Positions 62,098 through 64,000 of a DNA stretch of 64,000 bases are shown piece after piece. A program made the position numbers and the translations under genes. Origin of the DNA: Alphaproteobacteria bacterium (lineage in GTDB: Bacteria > Pseudomonadota > Alphaproteobacteria > Rickettsiales > JABSSG01); NCBI GenBank assembly GCA_030431375.1, contig JAUIIY010000002.1, positions 21,379-85,378 on the forward strand, in the 5' to 3' direction. Numbering within the stretch: the stretch's first letter is position 1; every line of letters begins with the position of its first letter. The notes beneath the pieces were generated by a model, which was not told where the DNA came from, did not search any database, and worked only from the letters and a program-made list of their open reading frames with translations.

Positions 62098-62906
62098 TCA
62101 GCAAGTTTTATCTTCGTTGTTTTTGCCAAATCATCTATATATTTTCTTACAATCTCTTCTTTCGCCATAGCTTCCATTTGCGGCTTCACTTCATCAAAAG
62201 AAGGAATTTTTTTCTTGCTTCTGTTATCTAATTTAATAATAAACCAACTAGACTCAATCTGCACCGGTTTAGAAAAAGCACCTTTTTTCAAATTCTCAGC
62301 TGTTCTCTCATATGTAGGGTTAAACTGACCTTTTGAAATCACACCTAATTTACCACCATTCTTTTTTGTAGTTTCATCCTTAGAATGTTTTTTAGCTAGA
62401 GAATTAAATTTTTTCCCTTGCTTAAGTTGTTTATATAGATCGTTAGCTTCCCCTTCAGTTTCAACCACTATATGGCTTACTTCTAAATCATCAGAATTTT
62501 TTAGCACATCTACAAATTTAGAATATTGTGCTTTTAAAACAGAGTTATTGATTTTCTTACTGGCATATTCGTCTAAATACATTCTTACTAATAAGCCAAT
62601 TCGTGCGTTTTCTATTTGCTGCTTATACTTATCTGATTGCGCAATTTTTGACTTCTCAGCAAGAGTGATTACCTCTTGATTCACTGCATATTGTTTGAAA
62701 ATCTCTTCCCTTGTTTCCTTACTTACTTCGGACAAAGAACTTTTCCCTTCGGGCATTTGCCCTCCAGTCTGCGCCAAAACCCACTTTGTCACCTCTGCCT
62801 TGGTAATTTTCTTTCCATCCCCATAAGTTGCAACCACATCACTTGCATTTGAATTTAGCGCAAGCATCATAATTGCAGCTACAAAAAAACTTATTATTCT
62901 GTTCAT
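62094..62906 (-). CDS. parvulin-type peptidyl-prolyl cis-trans isomerase (SurA/PrsA-like, periplasmic)
   Basis: Signal peptide, an N-terminal chaperone-like region, and a PpiC domain (VSHIVV…AKKHSKDETTKKNGGKLG…F…W(F)IIKL). Confidence 0.8.
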   Translation of the reverse strand: MNRIISFFVAAIMMLALNSNASDVVATYGDGKKITKAEVTKWVLAQTGGQMPEGKSSLSEVSKETREEIFKQYAVNQEVITLAEKSKIAQSDKYKQQIENARIGLLVRMYLDEYASKKINNSVLKAQYSKFVDVLKNSDDLEVSHIVVETEGEANDLYKQLKQGKKFNSLAKKHSKDETTKKNGGKLGVISKGQFNPTYERTAENLKKGAFSKPVQIESSWFIIKLDNRSKKKIPSFDEVKPQMEAMAKEEIVRKYIDDLAKTTKIKLAD

Positions 62907-63037
62907 TTTTAATAACCTTTGTAAAATTGATTACATCTGTGCATAATAATGCACCAAGCCGTTATATTGGTAAAGAATAAATCTTTATTAAAAAGATTTC
63001 AGTGATATAACCATTATTTAAAAAGAATTAGATACTG

Positions 63038-64000
63038 ATGATCAAATCAATTTTAAGAAAATTTTTTGGCTCCGCAAATGAACGTTTGCTAAAGTCATTC
63101 GAGCCAATAGTAAAGCAAATAAACCAGTTAGAAGAAAAATTTCAAAAATTATCTGATAGTGAGTTAAGCAAGCAAACTAACCTATTCAGAAAAAGGTTAG
63201 ACGAAGGCGAAACCCTTGATGACATTTTACCAGAAGCATTTGCAGTAGTAAGAGAAGCTGCAAAAAGAGTTTTAAATCAACGTCATTTTGATGTTCAGCT
63301 AATGGGTGGTATAGCTTTACATAAAGGTATGCTTTCTGAGATGCGTACGGGTGAAGGAAAAACCTTAGTATCAACGCTACCTTCATATCTTAATGCCTTG
63401 CCGGGTAAAGGTGTGCATATGGTTACTGTAAATGAGTATCTGGCCCTCCGAGATTCTGAATGGATGGGAAAAATCTTTAGGTTTTTAGGTTTAACAGTAG
63501 CATGCATCCATAATAATCAGGATGAAGAAGATAGGAAAAACGCCTATGCATGCGATATCACATATGGAACAAATAACGAATTTGGCTTTGATTATCTTCG
63601 TGATAACATGAAATTCGATCATGAACATATGGTGCAAAGACCATTTAATTATGCTGTGATTGATGAGGTTGACTCTGTTCTTATTGACGAGGCAAGAACT
63701 CCTCTCGTAATTTCCGGCCCAAGTGATAGCAACATTGCTATGTACCATCAGATTGAGAAAATTATCAATTTTATCAAGCCTGAAGATTACGAGTTAGATG
63801 AAAAATCTAAAAATGTGACTTTATCAGAAAGTGGGGTATTAAATGCCGAAAAAATACTGGGACAAAATAAAATAATAGAAGAAAATACCAGCCTGTATGA
63901 TATCGAGAACGTACATGTATTGCATCATCTAAACCAGGCTCTCAGAGCTCACATTGTGATGAAAAAGGACATCGATTATTTAGTTAAAGATAACCAAGTA
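63038..64000 (+). CDS. secA: preprotein translocase ATPase SecA (5' part only; continues past the window end)
   Basis: Own translation from the ATG at 63038: [19 protein letters not shown]…[25 protein letters not shown]…VTVNEYLA…[20 protein letters not shown]. The frame is open to position 64000, so it is absent from the ORF track. Confidence 0.95.
   Translation, partial: MIKSILRKFFGSANERLLKSFEPIVKQINQLEEKFQKLSDSELSKQTNLFRKRLDEGETLDDILPEAFAVVREAAKRVLNQRHFDVQLMGGIALHKGMLSEMRTGEGKTLVSTLPSYLNALPGKGVHMVTVNEYLALRDSEWMGKIFRFLGLTVACIHNNQDEEDRKNAYACDITYGTNNEFGFDYLRDNMKFDHEHMVQRPFNYAVIDEVDSVLIDEARTPLVISGPSDSNIAMYHQIEKIINFIKPEDYELDEKSKNVTLSESGVLNAEKILGQNKIIEENTSLYDIENVHVLHHLNQALRAHIVMKKDIDYLVKDNQV

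Noticed and set aside
62939-62999. Two small hairpins in the secA 5' region (GTGCAT-aata-ATGCAC at 62939-62954; AAATCTTT-attaa-AAAGATTT at 62979-62999)
   Set aside because: Both are short, and the second is entirely AT-rich. I cannot distinguish them from background, and no secM-like leader ORF is present.

Overview
The window is an AT-rich, very gene-dense chromosomal segment with about 68 protein genes and 2 tRNAs. I saw no rRNA, CRISPR array, IS element, integrase or prophage. The content is almost entirely core housekeeping genes of a reduced alphaproteobacterium. I infer a Rickettsiales/Holosporales-like intracellular lineage from several features: a petABC bc1 operon, an archaeal-type ValRS, a scattered virB8-virB9 pair, a ProP-like MFS transporter, a parvulin PPIase, and no visible alphaproteobacterial SOS boxes. 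I did not compute exact GC content.

Recognisable genes, grouped by function:
- Amino-acid and cofactor metabolism: lysA, dapB, gshB, ubiA, ndk, fumC.
- Two-component regulation: an OmpR/EnvZ-like pair.
- DNA repair and recombination: ssb, uvrA, recN, recA, ruvAB.
- Respiration and export: petABC followed by a tatB-like gene, ffh, and the 5' part of secA.
- Translation: valS, pheST, rplT, rpmI, alaS, gltX, def, fmt, truA, tsaD.
- Envelope and lipids: bamD, pssA, psd, fabD, fabG-acpP-fabF, lpxB, pgpA, mltG.
- Division and shape: ftsZ, mreBC.
- tRNAs: tRNA-Thr(UGU) and tRNA-His(GUG).

Genes are packed with many start/stop overlaps, including six convergent 3'-3' overlaps.

Nothing here is clearly a novel system. 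The regions most worth follow-up:
1. An orphan pair of bitopic membrane proteins with GspL/GspM or PilMN/PilO-like architecture (46357-48299).
2. A convergent pair of Sec-signal-bearing proteins with DxD motifs that look glycosyltransferase-like (31659-33574).
3. An orphan 443-aa protein preceded by a perfect 14-bp palindrome (54978-56334).
4. An isolated virB8-virB9 pair apparently fused into a phospholipid-synthesis operon.
5. An EamA transporter whose first transmembrane helix lies upstream of its first ATG and can be rescued by a 1-nt change in a T5 run.
6. An Ndk with a possible N-terminal signal-anchor.
7. A small basic protein sitting where infC normally precedes rpmI-rplT.

All functional calls come from reading the translated ORFs against remembered family motifs. 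No searches were run.
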